Shown here in pieces: positions 23,105 through 36,993 of a DNA stretch of 64,000 bases (position 1 is the stretch's first letter; each line of letters starts with the position of its first letter). The notes below the pieces were generated by a model. It had not been told where the DNA came from, did not search any database, and saw nothing but the letters and a program-made list of their open reading frames with translations. The position numbers and the translations under genes are program-made. Location of the stretch: the NCBI GenBank assembly GCA_021613535.1, contig CP075492.1:15066001-15130000 (forward strand), given 5' to 3'. Source of the DNA: Adineta vaga (taxonomy: Eukaryota > Animalia > Rotifera).

Positions 23105-23559
23105 TAAAAATATTATATTCACTTGTTTAGACTTTTAAAAAAGTACTGTTTCCTTTTCTGTGCAAGTTCGAAAACTTTGATCTTTGATCTAATAAAACAA
23201 ATTTGTGTTGAAACGTAGTTTAGTCTTGCATCTGTATGTCTTCGGTGCATATCTTATTCACATTTGCCTATGTTCTAAATATTCGAGAAGATCTCTATAG
23301 AATATATATTTTTTAAATCTTTTCCAAAAAAACCTATTCGCCAGATCTAATTTAGTGTCATTGTTAAAACTACCTAAGCTGATGCTTGACTGATCATCAT
23401 CAACGGGATATTTTTATTGTTTCTTGAACGTACTACCAACGTAAGCGACTACAGAAGCAGAATGTAATGCATTGTTTGATTCTGAAATGTAAAAACTCTA
23501 TTACCGAGAAAGATACTAGTACTTTGTGGTTTATAGTTATCTACTATTAAATCAGATCT

Positions 23560-23580
23560 ACACCCACACCCACACCCTCA
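23560..23580 (-). repeat. Interstitial telomeric repeat tract TGAGGG-TGTGGG-TGTGGG-TGT
   Basis: Plus strand reads ACACCCACACCCACACCCTCA, matching the hexamers reported for bdelloid telomeres. Confidence 0.7.
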
Positions 23581-24049
23581 AGTTTTAATTAATACAAAGA
23601 TGCGTTGTGAACCTATATGTCTCTATATTAATGTTCCTCTTTGGTTGAAATTCTATGATTCATATGTGAATTATATAGCTCCAGTTCTTCTAATTGCCAT
23701 TTGTAGTCTTACACTTTTATTACGATTTATCAAACAAAAACAACGTATACAACAAGCAGTCTTATGGCGACATTGCCGAAAAATCACTTTTCAACTTGTA
23801 TTGGTATCTTCAGCTTATAATATTTTTGATTTACCTAGTATTCTTATTTCCATCGTACAAACATCGGGTTATCCAACATTTGCAAGTAATATTTATTCAC
23901 CATTTTTAACACGGATGACATTGGTTCCTTCCATTATTGTACCATTTTGTGTTCTATTAGTAATGCCTAGTTTAAAAAAGAAAATCTGGACTTTATGCTT
24001 TTGGCAACGAAATCGGCGAACTATTATTCCTAAAACAACAATGAATTAA
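23581..24049 (+). pseudogene. 5'-truncated class A GPCR (ECL2 to C-terminus only)
   Basis: CEPICLY...NYIAPVLLIAICSLTLLLRF...RKITFQLV...VPFCVL; no TM1-4 upstream, and the frame begins at the telomeric tract. Confidence 0.75.
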
Positions 24050-24296
24050 AATTTTAATTATAATATATTGAACTAGATTTTAAATGTTGTCTTGTAATGT
24101 ACGTGAAACAATATCGTAATCGTTTTAGTTAGCAAAGAGCATGTGAAACTGTTGTGTCAATTGAGAAAGAATGACACGTTCAGTAAGCATTTGACGTAAT
24201 CATTTTTTTTTCTAACCTATATTCATAAAAGAAAAAAAACATGTACTATTAAATAAATCATTTATTTCTTTCCAACAGTTGACACGCAAGGAGAAA

Positions 24297-27200
24297 ATGA
24301 CTAAATGGATATATTTCATTTTATATACATACAGTCTTTGTCTTGTTATTCATACATATATTCTTCTGTATGATACTGAAACAAGTGATTCTACACAGTA
24401 TGCATATTGTATCTATTGGATGACAGATGCAACGATGAAATATTGTATACGGACAAATCTATCAGAAATATTTGATTTGGACATCAGTAATGATTGTTTT
24501 GATGGAAGTGAACGATGGTTGTTTCATGATGCTATTCAACATAATATTTCACCTTCTCATGTACTTACATGGAGTTCAAGTATTGAACTTGCAGATCGTT
24601 ATGCTGGTTTCTATTATAATGATTATTTAGTCATTAATCAGAAGGAATTTGTTTGCAATTGCAAATTACCTTGGACATTTGGACCACGATGTGAATTTGA
24701 ATTACTTCATGGAACTGTAACTTTTGAAGATGCTATAAAATTTCAATTCAAACAAAAAGAAAATGATCGATGGGGAATGCAGCGACATGGCGAAATTTTA
24801 TGTTATCAAACGATAGTTGAATGTGATTATGGACTTCTTTGTTTAGATTGGCGTAATATATGTGATGGTGAACAACAATGTATGAATGGAACCGATGAAA
24901 ACAATTGTGATCTACTTGAATTCAATGAATGTGAAGAAAATGAATATCGTTGTGTAAATGGAATGTGTATTGCTGAAGAATACTGGCTTGATGGGAAGTA
25001 TTATAAGGTTACATATGATTATAAGAGAAGGAAATATATTTCGTTTCGTTGTAGGTGATTTTGATTGTATGGATCGAAGTGATGAGCAACGAACAAAAGA
25101 TACGATATTCTGTCCATATACATCAGGTTCATTTCAATGTGAAGAAAGTTTATGTCTTCGTCAACAATGGTCATGTGGTGATGGACAATGTATTTGGGGA
25201 TTTTATCGATTGAGTTATAAACGAGATGCTAAACAATATTGTATAAATCTGCGGGAATTTAATTATATATGTGAAATTCATCCAAACATTGATCTTTGGT
25301 CACGATCAAATGGTTTATGTTGGAATTTAAATGGATATGTGGATATAAGAAATATGAACAATGAACATTTAAGTAATGCATCGAAATGTATCTATTTGAT
25401 TCGATGTGCATTATCAAATGGATTTGAATATCATTGTCCTTGTAATGAAAACAATTGTTCATCAATAATGCCCACTGTATGTCTAATTGGTATATCATAT
25501 GGATATCCCCTTGGAAATTTAATTCGACCATATATAGCTTTATATTAAGTTGGGATCGTGCATGGATTTCATCGGAACCGAATTCGGTTTATATGGATGG
25601 TAGCATTAAATGTCGAGGTTTTCTTGGTAAAACAGTAGAAGATATAGGACTCAATGTAAAAGATCGATATAAACTCGATAGATTTCCATTAATTGATCAT
25701 CTTTTCTGTAATCATGATGAAATTATTCGTGATAATCAATCAGATGTTCAATATCATCATTCATGTTGGAATGAATCATTGACATTCAATAATCAATCTT
25801 ATGCTTTTGTTGAAATTTGTAATAAATCATACGAATGTATTTCACAATATCGTATTGGTGATGATTATTCGGATTGTGGCGAAGATGGAAATGATTTACT
25901 CATGAATAATGTGAATATTTGTTCGAAACTTCAAAAATATCGTTTTCAATGTTCAAATGATCAATCAACTTGTCTACCAGTACGAGCACTTGGTGATCAA
26001 AAGAAAGATTGTAACAATCGACGTGATGAATTCATTGATGGAATTCATGAACCACTTGCTGAAATCGAATGTAAATATCGAAATGATTACGGTTGTCGTT
26101 TCTTAAAAGATTATATAAATCTTGATTCTCATTTTAACTATACTAATGGTTCTTCAGTCAGTTTCTTGGACAAACAAATACTTACGTTTCGATCATATTG
26201 TGATACATTCTGGGATTTACCATTTCATTTCGATGAAGTAATTGAAAATTGTCAACAATGGATATGTCAACGTCATCAGTATCAATGTCAAACAGGACAA
26301 TGTATCGAATATGATTGGTTTTGTGATGGTGAATGGGATTGTCCAGATGCTTCAGATGAACAAGCAGCACATCTGAATTCAAAACGTTTATCTCATAATT
26401 CATACTACAAGATTATGAAGTTCGATTAGAAACATGTCGAAAGCGTAATAAACAACAACCATTTGTACGTCGATGTAATGTAACAATTGAATATCCATGC
26501 CTTTTAGCTCATGTAGATAATCCTTTGAACATTGATTTACATCGTCCTTGTATTAATCTAACACAAATCGGTGATGGGAGAGAAGATTGTTATGGTGGTC
26601 TCGATGAAAAGAATACATTGGAGAATTGTGACGGATCCATGTTAGGTCCTTCATTTCGATGTCAAAATCAAGAATGTTTCGATTTTGAATCATTATGTGA
26701 TCAACAAATATCACATTCATGCAAAGATCCAATTTTATGTTTTCATAGAAGTCAAAATGAATCTTGTTCGGATAAAATGGATGTGTTGTGTCTTAATGGT
26801 GTATGCATGAAAGATGCGCGTTGTAATGGAATCTTCGGATGTTTGTATGGAGAAGATGAATATGCATGTCCTTCAATTGAAGCGATTGGAAATAAAAATT
26901 ATCGATATAGAAACAATAAACAAAATCAAATTATATATGGAAAACTATTCTGGCCAACGTTTCCTTCACCCATTTTCAAGATTTCCAACGAATTTCATGA
27001 TCAAAACATTGAATCACACGTGATCAATTCTACAGAGACTATGAATAGAACGCATAGAAATACTTCGTATTCTGATTCATATATATGCAATCGAGGTGTT
27101 GCTATAGCATATAGAAAACGAGATATTCCGATTTGCTTTTGTCCACCTTCGTATTATGGACGATGGTGTCAATATTTTAGTGATCGTATAACAATCATTA

Positions 27201-29460
27201 CTCATCTTGATTTAACTTCATTACCAAGATATTTCAATACAAGTCAATTGTATTGGTTCAAAATTGTTGCTTCACTTCTTTATTTTGAACATATAGTCGA
27301 TTTTTATGAATTCGATGTTAATTCAGAAATTGAATTGAAAAATTATATCAAACATAAATTCTATTTATTATATTCACTGTCGAGCAATATGAAAAGCACA
27401 AAGAACAACGTCATTTCAATCGTACAGATATTCTATATAATCATCCATATTCCGTTCGATTTGTTATCTGTCTATCGACTGAAGACGAAGTTCAGGAACT
27501 TGGATTATGGTTTTATCCAATTTATTTCGACTTTTTACCATCATTTCGTTTAGTAACCGTTTTGAAATTTCCTACATGGTACAAGAATATAACTTTAGAT
27601 CCTTGTATGAATAACAACATTGTATGTCCAAATAATTCTATATGTCAATCTATCTTCAATCATAAATATCCTAGTTTCGTATGTTCATGTCAAAGTGGTT
27701 TTTATGGTAACAACTGTGAGAATTTTGATTCAAATTGTTCATCATACTGTTTATCAAATGCATTATGTAAACCATTAGGTCGTGGTGAAATGACTAATAT
27801 AAATAATCCATTATGTATCTGTCCTCTTCATCATTTTGGTCCACATTGTTATTTACATCATGATGAATGTCATTCGCAACCATGTCGTAATAATGGAACT
27901 TGTCTTCTTACAAGTGATCCAAGTGGTCAACGATTATTTGTTTGTAATTGTTCAGCTGATTATCATGGAGATTACTGTGAAAAGAATAAGTTTACAATTG
28001 AAATCAATTTAAATATGAATCATCATGCACTCGCTTCTATTGTTCAACTTTATGATATTCGTCCTTATGATTTATATCTTCTAATTCAATATCAACAAGT
28101 AATGTATGACATTCCTGTTTCTATTCAATTTCATCTCTCAAAACCGATTGCACCCGCACTTGGAATTCTCAAATTATATGATCTATCATTCAATTTTCAA
28201 TACTATATCTTATATATTCAAGACAATGAAATGAGTATTAATATTAATACAACTCCTAAGCATTGCTTACGTATTACTACTACAAAGACGAGTGTTTTTG
28301 ATTATCATCTACTCTGCCGTGATAATACTGAACTATTATGTTTTCATGATAATAATTATTTATGTATATGTGAACAAAATCATACTCGTGTTGATTGTTT
28401 CGGTCTTGATTCATCGATAGATCAATGTAACTATTGTTTTTTCAATGGAAAATGTCTTCGAGGTGATACGAAGAATTCCGATGACTTTTTATGTTTGTGT
28501 CAAAAATGTTCTCATGGTCAACTATGTGAATTTACTACATATGCATTTGGTTTTACATTAGATTCATTGCTCGCAAATGATCAATTAATTATTCAAATAA
28601 TATACATATGTCTCGTTAGTTTTCTTTCTATGTTTGGTCTTCTGACAAACTTATGTTCATTAGCAGTATTTCGACGGCCTCAACAGCGTAAAGTTACAGC
28701 AGGAAATTATTTATATAGTGTTTCAATTCTTAATCAATGTGCACTGTTATTTTTACTTTTGAAATTTATTCATATTATAGGTGGTTTTACTTGGCATTAT
28801 CATGTCAATTTAATCTCTTGTAAAATCATATCCTATCTTCTCTTTGTAACAACACGAGCAACATTTTGGTTAACTAGTTGGATTACTTGTGATCGTCTTC
28901 ATATCGTTCTTTTTCCAAGTTCAACTTTATTCAAACGACCAAATACTGCGATCAGAATCACAATTATTACTCTTATCATAATAGCAATCATGCATATTCC
29001 TGATATCGTATATACTACAACTTCTAATAATAAATGTATTATTAATTTTGAACATCCGCTTATTTCTCTTTATAATCGTTTCAATACACTTCTTCATTAT
29101 CTTGGAACGTTTACCATTCAAACATTATCGATTACAATTCTCATTATTTTAGTAGCTCGAAGTCGCAAAAGAGTCACTGGAGATGAGAAAAATTTTCTAC
29201 AAATGTTTAAAACAATGTTTAACACGAAAAAAGAATTATATGTTACACCGATTATCATTGTTCTTAGTGCAGTACCTCAAACAATTCTATCTTTTAGTCT
29301 TTCATGTTCAGAACTATTCATATGGCAACGACATATACTTTTACCTGCTTATTTACTTTCATATGCACCACAAATACTTGGTTTTATTCTCTTTGTTTTA
29401 CCATCGAAGGGATATCGAATAGAATTTCAAAAAACAAAACTTGCACGAACATTTGTTTGA
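24297..29460 (+). pseudogene. Second LDLa/EGF-7TM receptor with three frameshifts
   Basis: Same architecture as 8135-12853 (CLDWRNICDGEQQC, CDGEWDCPDASDE, CPPSYYGRWC, WITCDRL). One intron near 24996-25054; frame changes near 25545, 26405 and 27390. Confidence 0.85.
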
Positions 29461-29482
29461 TAATAAAAGTTCATTTATTTAA

Positions 29483-29674
29483 CCTATAGAACGACCAACC
29501 AGGGTCCAAGTGGATCCTGTTTTTTAAAAGCAAGAAAATACTATGAAAGAAATGCATGTTTGATATGTAAAAACAATTTGGTTTTAATCGGATACTTGTT
29601 GAAGAGAGAAAAAATATCCTTCTCAAAATACATTCTATTTTTTATCGCTAAAAATAGGCTTGGGAATACTAGGG
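29483..29674. mobile_element. piggyBac-type MITE with TTAA target-site duplication
   Basis: TTAA(29479-82)-CCTATAGAACGACC...GGGAATACTAGGG-TTAA(29675-78); imperfect TIRs; related copy at about 41315-41505. Confidence 0.6.
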
Positions 29675-29979
29675 TTAAATAACTCTCGAATTAATAATAA
29701 CATGAAAATCTTAGTACCAATATGTTGTATGTTGACGAAGAGATATGCAGGATAAACATTTTTCGTAACCTAATCCTACTCTGTTCTATTACAGAGGTGT
29801 GAAAGAGAGACACCCTCAACATGTCATTGAAATAGAATTCAATTAGATAATTTTCGATATGCTATTACATTTATGTGTAAATTGGAATGCATCCCTAATT
29901 AGCTATGATCGAAATGTCTACATTATGGACTATTTATATATTCGAACATTTTCTGTTCGTACATGAAGAGTAGAAAAAA

Positions 29980-32266
29980 ATGATTCTTCGCACAATCGGA
30001 GCAAGCAAAACAAAACGATGGTTCAATAACATCATACATCGTCAATTTCATCGAACATCTCGATTACATTGTGGTGTTCTTTCATATATTTATAACTCAC
30101 CATCTTCAACTATTCGTTCGGATGAAGATTATCGATCGTTATTAAATGGTTTAAATACTTTGAAACATCGTGGTCCAGATGGACCACCATCGTTATGGCA
30201 AAATGAAGAAAAAACTGTTGGTCTTGGTCATACACGTTTATCAATCATTGATTTAAGTGATCGTGGTCGACAACCATTACATTCTTATGATAAAAAATTA
30301 CATTTATCAATGAATGGTGAATTGTATGATCATGATCGAATTCGTCAACAAGGCATTGAACAAGATCAATACCATTTTCTAAGTGAAAGTGATAGTGAAA
30401 TCGCTCTATATTTATATAGAAAGTATGGTTTAGAATTTGCGAAATATCTTCGTGGAGAATTTGCAATAACAATGTATGATGAAGAAAGAAAAGTATGTAG
30501 ATTTTGTTTCGTATTGATTAACTAACGATTCTTATCTTCGTTTGTAGATATTCATTGCTGTTCGAGATCGTTTTGGTATAAAACCATTATATTATACATA
30601 TTATGATAATAAACTTTTATTCGCTTCAGAAATCAAAGCTCTATTTGCATTTGGGTAAATTTTCTTTTGATAACATTTGAAAATCGAATAATTCGTTTTA
30701 AATTTTGTTCTAGTGTACCAGCTATTTGGAATGAAGAAGTTATTTATAATGTCGGACAATTACGTAGTTTACAAACTATTTTTAAGAATATTCAACAAGT
30801 TCCACCCGCTCATGTGTTAATAGCAACAGAAAATGGTACAATAAATTTATCGAAATATTATGAAATTTCATATATAACTCGTGAAGAAGAAAAAACTGAT
30901 CAACGTACTGAAAAAGAAATGATTGATGGTGTACGTGAACATCTTATTAATGCAATTCGTCTTCGTATGCGAGCGGATGTTAAAGTTGGAATTTTTCTAT
31001 CAGGTGGTTTAGATTCTTCTACTGTCTTAGGCATAGCAACAACGCTTACAGATCAATCAATTGATACATATTCAATTGCATTTAAAGAACACAATGAATT
31101 CAATGAACAGAATTTATGTATTGAAACAAATAAACATTTTGGTTCAAATAAAACAACACCACATATTGTTGAAATAACTCATGATCAATTAGCCGAATAT
31201 TTTGATGATTTTGTTTGTCAATATGAATATCCATTGATGGCAACAAGTCCAGTTGGAAAATATATTTTATCAAAAAAAGTTCAAGAAAATCATGGAAAAG
31301 TTGTTTTAACAGGAGAAGGAAGTGATGAAATCTTTTCTGGGTATGTTTTTCTCTATATCATATCTATATTGATTAATTATTTCCATTTTTAGTTATTCAC
31401 CTTTTCGTCAAGATTATCTTTCATATGATTTTCCAAAGGATCCATCAATTTGTCATTCAATAACAGATAAACAACGTGAAAAGATATCTGAAGCTTTATC
31501 AAGGAATATTTTAAGTGCCGTTAATGATCGTGATCAAAAATATCGAGAATCAGATTGTATTCAAACAATGGGTTATTTTCCAGCTCAAGAACGTTCATTA
31601 ATGTTTGCATGGGAGGGCATTTTCGCCGATGAACTGAAAGATAAATATGAACATTTTCGTTTAAATAGTTTTTATTTCAATGATTCATCGCTTTATGATT
31701 ATCATATTAAACAACAAATGATGAACTATGAAATTTCACGTGTACATTCAAGTCAATACATGATAATGAAAACGATTCTTCTCAATGTTCTTCTTAAAGC
31801 TTATGGTGATACGGCAGAAATGGGACATGCAATTGAAGGACGTTTAGCTTTTCTTGATCATTATTTAGTTGATTATGTCAATCATTTACCAACGAAAATG
31901 AAATTAAAACTTACAAATGATTCAATTATTGAAAAATATATTTTAAAAGAAGTTGCTCGACCATATATAACTGAAAATGTTTATCAAAGAGAAAAACATC
32001 CATTTGTTTCGCCACCATCATTACTGAATCCAAAATCGAAAATTTATCAATATATTCATGATACATTTAATTCGAAGGATATAAATCAATTAAAATATCT
32101 ATTTGCTATCGACCGATTACGTGAAAAATTAAATAATCTACATAAAAATCAAGAATATATGAATAAACAATATCTATGGGGAGAATTAGCGATTATGGAA
32201 GGACATTATTTAATGATATGTAGTTGTTTAGCATTGGCTAAACGTTTTCATGTTAAATATGATTAA
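29980..32266 (+). CDS. asnB: Asparagine synthetase B-like glutamine amidotransferase, microbial-type, with mitochondrial presequence; 4 exons
   Basis: CG start, HRGPD, LGHTRLSIIDL, NGELY, SDSE, RDRFGIKPLYY, LSGGLDSS, LTGEGSDEIFSGY, EGRLAFLD, REKHPF. Introns near 30493-30547, 30655-30713 and 31341-31392. Confidence 0.9.
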
Positions 32267-32425
32267 AACTGTATCGAATTGATTATTGTAAATAAAATAA
32301 AAAAACTATGTATTGTAAACCTGTTCTAGTATGGGCACCATCGTGACCAAGAAATAGTGTTCACTCGAAAGAGGTGCTCATTATCGAGAGATTTTTACTG
32401 TATTTGTTTTATAGTAAAAGTTAAT

Positions 32426-33794
32426 TTATTTAATTAAGATAGGTTCAATAAATGTTAATGAATCAACTGCAGCTTCACTTGATTGAGCCATTCGTACAAT
32501 GGCATTTATCGTATCATTAGTTGCTTTATATTTTGCTCTAATACTAGCAATCACTGTTCCTTCATCATCAATAAATAGATCGCTGACTTGTAATTCATTC
32601 AATCCGAATTGAGCTCCGTAATCAATATAAATCGCTTCCGCCATGTTACATTCAACAGTTTGACATATGACAAACATATATAAAGGAATATTCGATGGAT
32701 ACATGGAACCTGTTAAATGAAAGATGGGCAAATCAGTACGTGGATTTATTACAACTTGAACTTTTGTCACTGGAGATCGCGTTGGCAATGGTCGATTAGG
32801 AATAGTCAGTTGTAATTGAATGGATTCAGTACAATCAGCATCAATACAATGAATATAAGTGATATCTGAAACAAACAAAAAGAACATTTCAGACATTAAG
32901 AAAACCATGCAAAAATCGAAATATTCTACCAGATTGTGGTGTTTGTCCAGTAGTAGTAATTGTAAAACGAAACTGTGAATCAACCGTTAAATAAACGAAA
33001 TAAACAAAGTTACGATCAGTTTTAAATTGATTGACTAATGTTTCATTGCATGATACAGTTAAACAATGAATTAAATTCAGTTCATTATTGCATAAAGTAA
33101 GCCATGATGGAAAACCATGTCGATTGATAGCTACATCGATACTTGTACCTAAACAATTGGCATCTCCCGTTAAATTAAATGGTAAGGAAACAACTGAACG
33201 TGATAATTGACATAACGGATCTTGACAGGTTTCAATTGTATATCCGGTTACTCGATTATCACGTGAAGCATATTTGGCTTCTGGAATTAACATTGTTGGT
33301 AAGCCCTGCGATTGAGTAAATGTTAAACGTAGACCAGCTTGACCAAATCCAGAACTATCAACCGTATTCATTACTCGAGGTTTTGAACAATTGGAATCTT
33401 CAGGTGCACAAACAATGAGTTCTGTATCACGATTTGGTTTTGCATATCCAGTTGATAAGAAAAACTGAGCATTACTAATCGTAGGAGATTGTTGATAGAT
33501 TCGACGCGGTGATACACCACCGTATGCTAATCGGGCAACATTCAAACCAGGCATTGGTATCATATTTACTTGACTACAATCACGTGTTTTACATGTAAAT
33601 ACTGTCGATTTATCATGAAAAGAATATTGAAAGATTGATGGTTGGAAAGTGATCGGTATTAAACTAGCTGAAAAATCTGGATAGAGTGACATAGGTGTTG
33701 TAATCCATGCCGTAGCAGAGATAATTTTGTATGTTGATGATGCACTCCAAATAAGTTTTATAATACTGATTAAAAAAAGAAAGACTGCTTTCAT
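32426..33794 (-). CDS. Secreted protein with six C-x(4-6)-C repeats (possible beta-propeller), 2 exons
   Basis: Signal peptide MKAVFLFLISIIKLIWSA; intron 32929-32866 joins the two ORFs in frame. Confidence 0.7.
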
Positions 33795-35115
33795 TTCGTT
33801 TCTATATTCTCAATTTAAATCAAACGTCAGTCTTTGCTTCAGCACAATGAATATATATATATATATATAGATTATTTTATGAGAATATTTGACAGATGGA
33901 TGCATATGACTAAATAGAATAACAACGATTATATAGCTCATTACTTTTTACAGAGTATTCTTTCAAAATATAATACTTATTAATAATTATTTAATATATA
34001 AGTTAACTTATTCTTTGGTCAAGTAATATCATATCGATTTATCGATTAAAAAGATAACAAGTATTGGTAATCAACCGCCTGCCTTTCCTATCATTGTTAG
34101 ATCAACCAGTGAATGAATAAATATACACAAATAAGATTGAGATGGGAATATGTCATTCAAAAGATTTTCAAGTTATTATAACGGAAACTGTGTTAATTCT
34201 TTTATGAGTACATAGAATTCTCATATCTCTGTCACAATATTTTGCTCGTCGAACGGTTTTTTACTATTAAACTTTTCATACAAATTTTTAATAATTCAAG
34301 ATAACAAAAGCAATAGGAAACGATTCGATTGTTTTATTTCTATACATTTGTATTGAGAATTTTCTCATCAAGGTTAAATCAGGTACATATTAACATCTCT
34401 ATATTTTAAATGTACCCATAACCTACATGCAGATATAGATCTAGGTACTGTTTTTTTTCTTTTTCTGTTGTTTTGTCCTTGTCTTTTTTCATCTACTGAT
34501 CGTTATTTTCATGTTCATGTTATTATGTGATGTCGGCTTATAAAAAAAAGAACGTTCCCATTTCCACCATCACCAAACTTATAAATTAAATTTTCAATAA
34601 ATAATTTAATTGGCCAGACAGTACGAATTCGCACTTCCCATTTCGTTTATGCAATGTATTACAACATAGTTAATTTGGTCATGCTTCATATACAGGTATT
34701 GATAAGAGAAGAAGAGAAGGGAAAAAAATCACCTTTTAAATGTGAAACTTCTTTTCGCGTCTTTTCTCCTCGCAATATATGAAAATAACCTTGTACATCA
34801 TCATCTACATATCTACCTGTACATATAAGTATGAACCACGTGTTAATCAAAATACTCCCTAATAAGAATGGATATTTTGTTTTATGTGTTAATATTGTTA
34901 TTGACATAATTTTTTTTCACTCGAGCGATTGCTACTCAGGTAGAGCTGTCTTATTTCTTTTCACTCATTTGAATTTATTGAGAGAAAAGACATCAGCGGA
35001 TAGATATGTATCTTTACACATTTCTTTCCTTTATCTCCGAGAATAGAAATCAATTTAGAGTGCATAGCATTTGTTTTGTACTGTATTTTTTTATTTAGTC
35101 CAATTATTCAGAACA

Positions 35116-35883
35116 ATGAAAGATTCATATCGTACGCCAACTACAATATCTTTCTATTCAAAAAAGAAAAATACATTTCTCATTTACATTCTACGAAATG
35201 GTTTAATTCGTTCGATTCTATTATTTCTCTTAATTCTACTTCTTTCACTTGTTTTTATCTTGGAATTCTATTATCAATATGGTCATTGTTCTGTTGCAGA
35301 AAAATATTCCAAGAAAAATATCAAATTAACTCATCGAACAATGGATATGTTAGATGATCTATCCATCATTTATTGGCCTGATTGTCAATCATTATTAAAT
35401 GTTCTCAGAAATGAAACATATAATCCATGGGATCAAGATGTTGATTTATCAATTCAATGGCCATTAGAATCCAATCATGTTCATTCAGAACTCAATAATA
35501 TTCAACTGTTTATTGAAAAATTAGAAGAATATGATTTTGGTGTTGAATATTATCCAGAGAGAAAATTATTTTCATTATCATCTCATAATGGAAAATCCGA
35601 TCGACAGCCACATGTTGATATTTGGTTATGGAATCGACAATATAAAAATATAAATAATGAAGAAAAAGAAGTATTAGAATTATTTGATCATAGTTTTAAA
35701 TATCAATCAAGATTAATATCAGATATTCATCCATTAAGATCTGCGATATGGTTAGGAAGAATGGTGAAAATACCGAATGAAGCACATGAAATTTCACGTA
35801 AAGAATATGGCGGATCATATATGAAAGCTCTTATATATCGAGGCAATTGTTTTCATAACCTTTTTGATGGTCGATGGTTTTAA
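35116..35883 (+). CDS. LicD/fukutin-related nucleotidyltransferase-fold type II membrane protein, copy 1
   Basis: N-terminal TM, SLLNVLRN...PWDQDVDL, PHVDIW, KIPN...EYG; 255 aa. Confidence 0.8.
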   Translation: MKDSYRTPTTISFYSKKKNTFLIYILRNGLIRSILLFLLILLLSLVFILEFYYQYGHCSVAEKYSKKNIKLTHRTMDMLDDLSIIYWPDCQSLLNVLRNETYNPWDQDVDLSIQWPLESNHVHSELNNIQLFIEKLEEYDFGVEYYPERKLFSLSSHNGKSDRQPHVDIWLWNRQYKNINNEEKEVLELFDHSFKYQSRLISDIHPLRSAIWLGRMVKIPNEAHEISRKEYGGSYMKALIYRGNCFHNLFDGRWF

Positions 35884-36993
35884 TCATCGTTAAACAAAAA
35901 TAGAGTAGTTTTGTCTCTTACTTATAATTGAACTAATCAATAAAGTTTATTCACATCCTCAATGATTTACCAAAAATCGTAATAAACTACTGTTTTTATC
36001 CATGCATAATAATCGTATAGTTTTTTTTGTGCTTTTAACATGTGACAATGGTTTATAAGGCAGCTTTTATCGACTGTTTTTATTTATTGTATGATGTTAT
36101 GTTTTTCAGTTGTAAAGGAGTAAAATTTCTGTAATATGAATACCATGGGGATCGACGGAAATGTTTATTTTAGAGCAGTGATTATAATAGATAAGATTTA
36201 GCAACAATAAGCCTGCACATTCTTTTAAGAACATGAGGTACATTTCTAATAGAAACATAAATTTTTTTTTTCATTCTTATTGAAAGACATACTGTTTCGT
36301 TGTTTCGAGGTTACATCAATTCTAGACGTCATGTTTAATTTGACGAATATTGAAATAAAATTTATGCTCTGTTTTCTCTTCTATGTTTTATTGATTGAAT
36401 GTAACTCTACAACAAGCAAAGTTCGTAACACTGAATTTCACATCATTATCTATGACTGTGCATAATTATAAAGTTAATATATATATATACAGATTGGACC
36501 TTAAATTGCGTTCATATTTTTGAGTAAAGAGATGTTTATATAAAGGAAAGATACAAAACGAGCTCAGGGATATCCCAAACATGTTCAGTAAGCGATGTTT
36601 TACTATATTATCACGAAGATATAATCAGTGAACTTTCAAAATGTCCAATATGCACACGACCTCTGATTGATTCTGTATCAGTCAAAACTAAACCTAAATC
36701 ATCTATATTTTGTCGATCATGTTATAAGAACGGCGCAGTTATTTTTTCTTTTGACTATTTTCAAGAGATACGATTATTCTTATTGGTAATATTAAACATT
36801 TCCAGTGATCTCTGATACACAGCCATCATATGATCGATTCGAATGTTGATTTTTATTGTTTTGTCGAAAGTCATCTCAACTGAAATACGGCAAACTGTAA
36901 CGTATATCCATAATAATTCTTGATGTACAGATGAACGAAGAATAGAATGTTTGAAACGATTACTAGTACGTAACTATATTTTACCATTGATTG

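Noticed and set aside
29810-29818. ACACCCTCA as a second telomeric tract
   Set aside because: Only 1.5 units with no associated truncation; compatible with chance.
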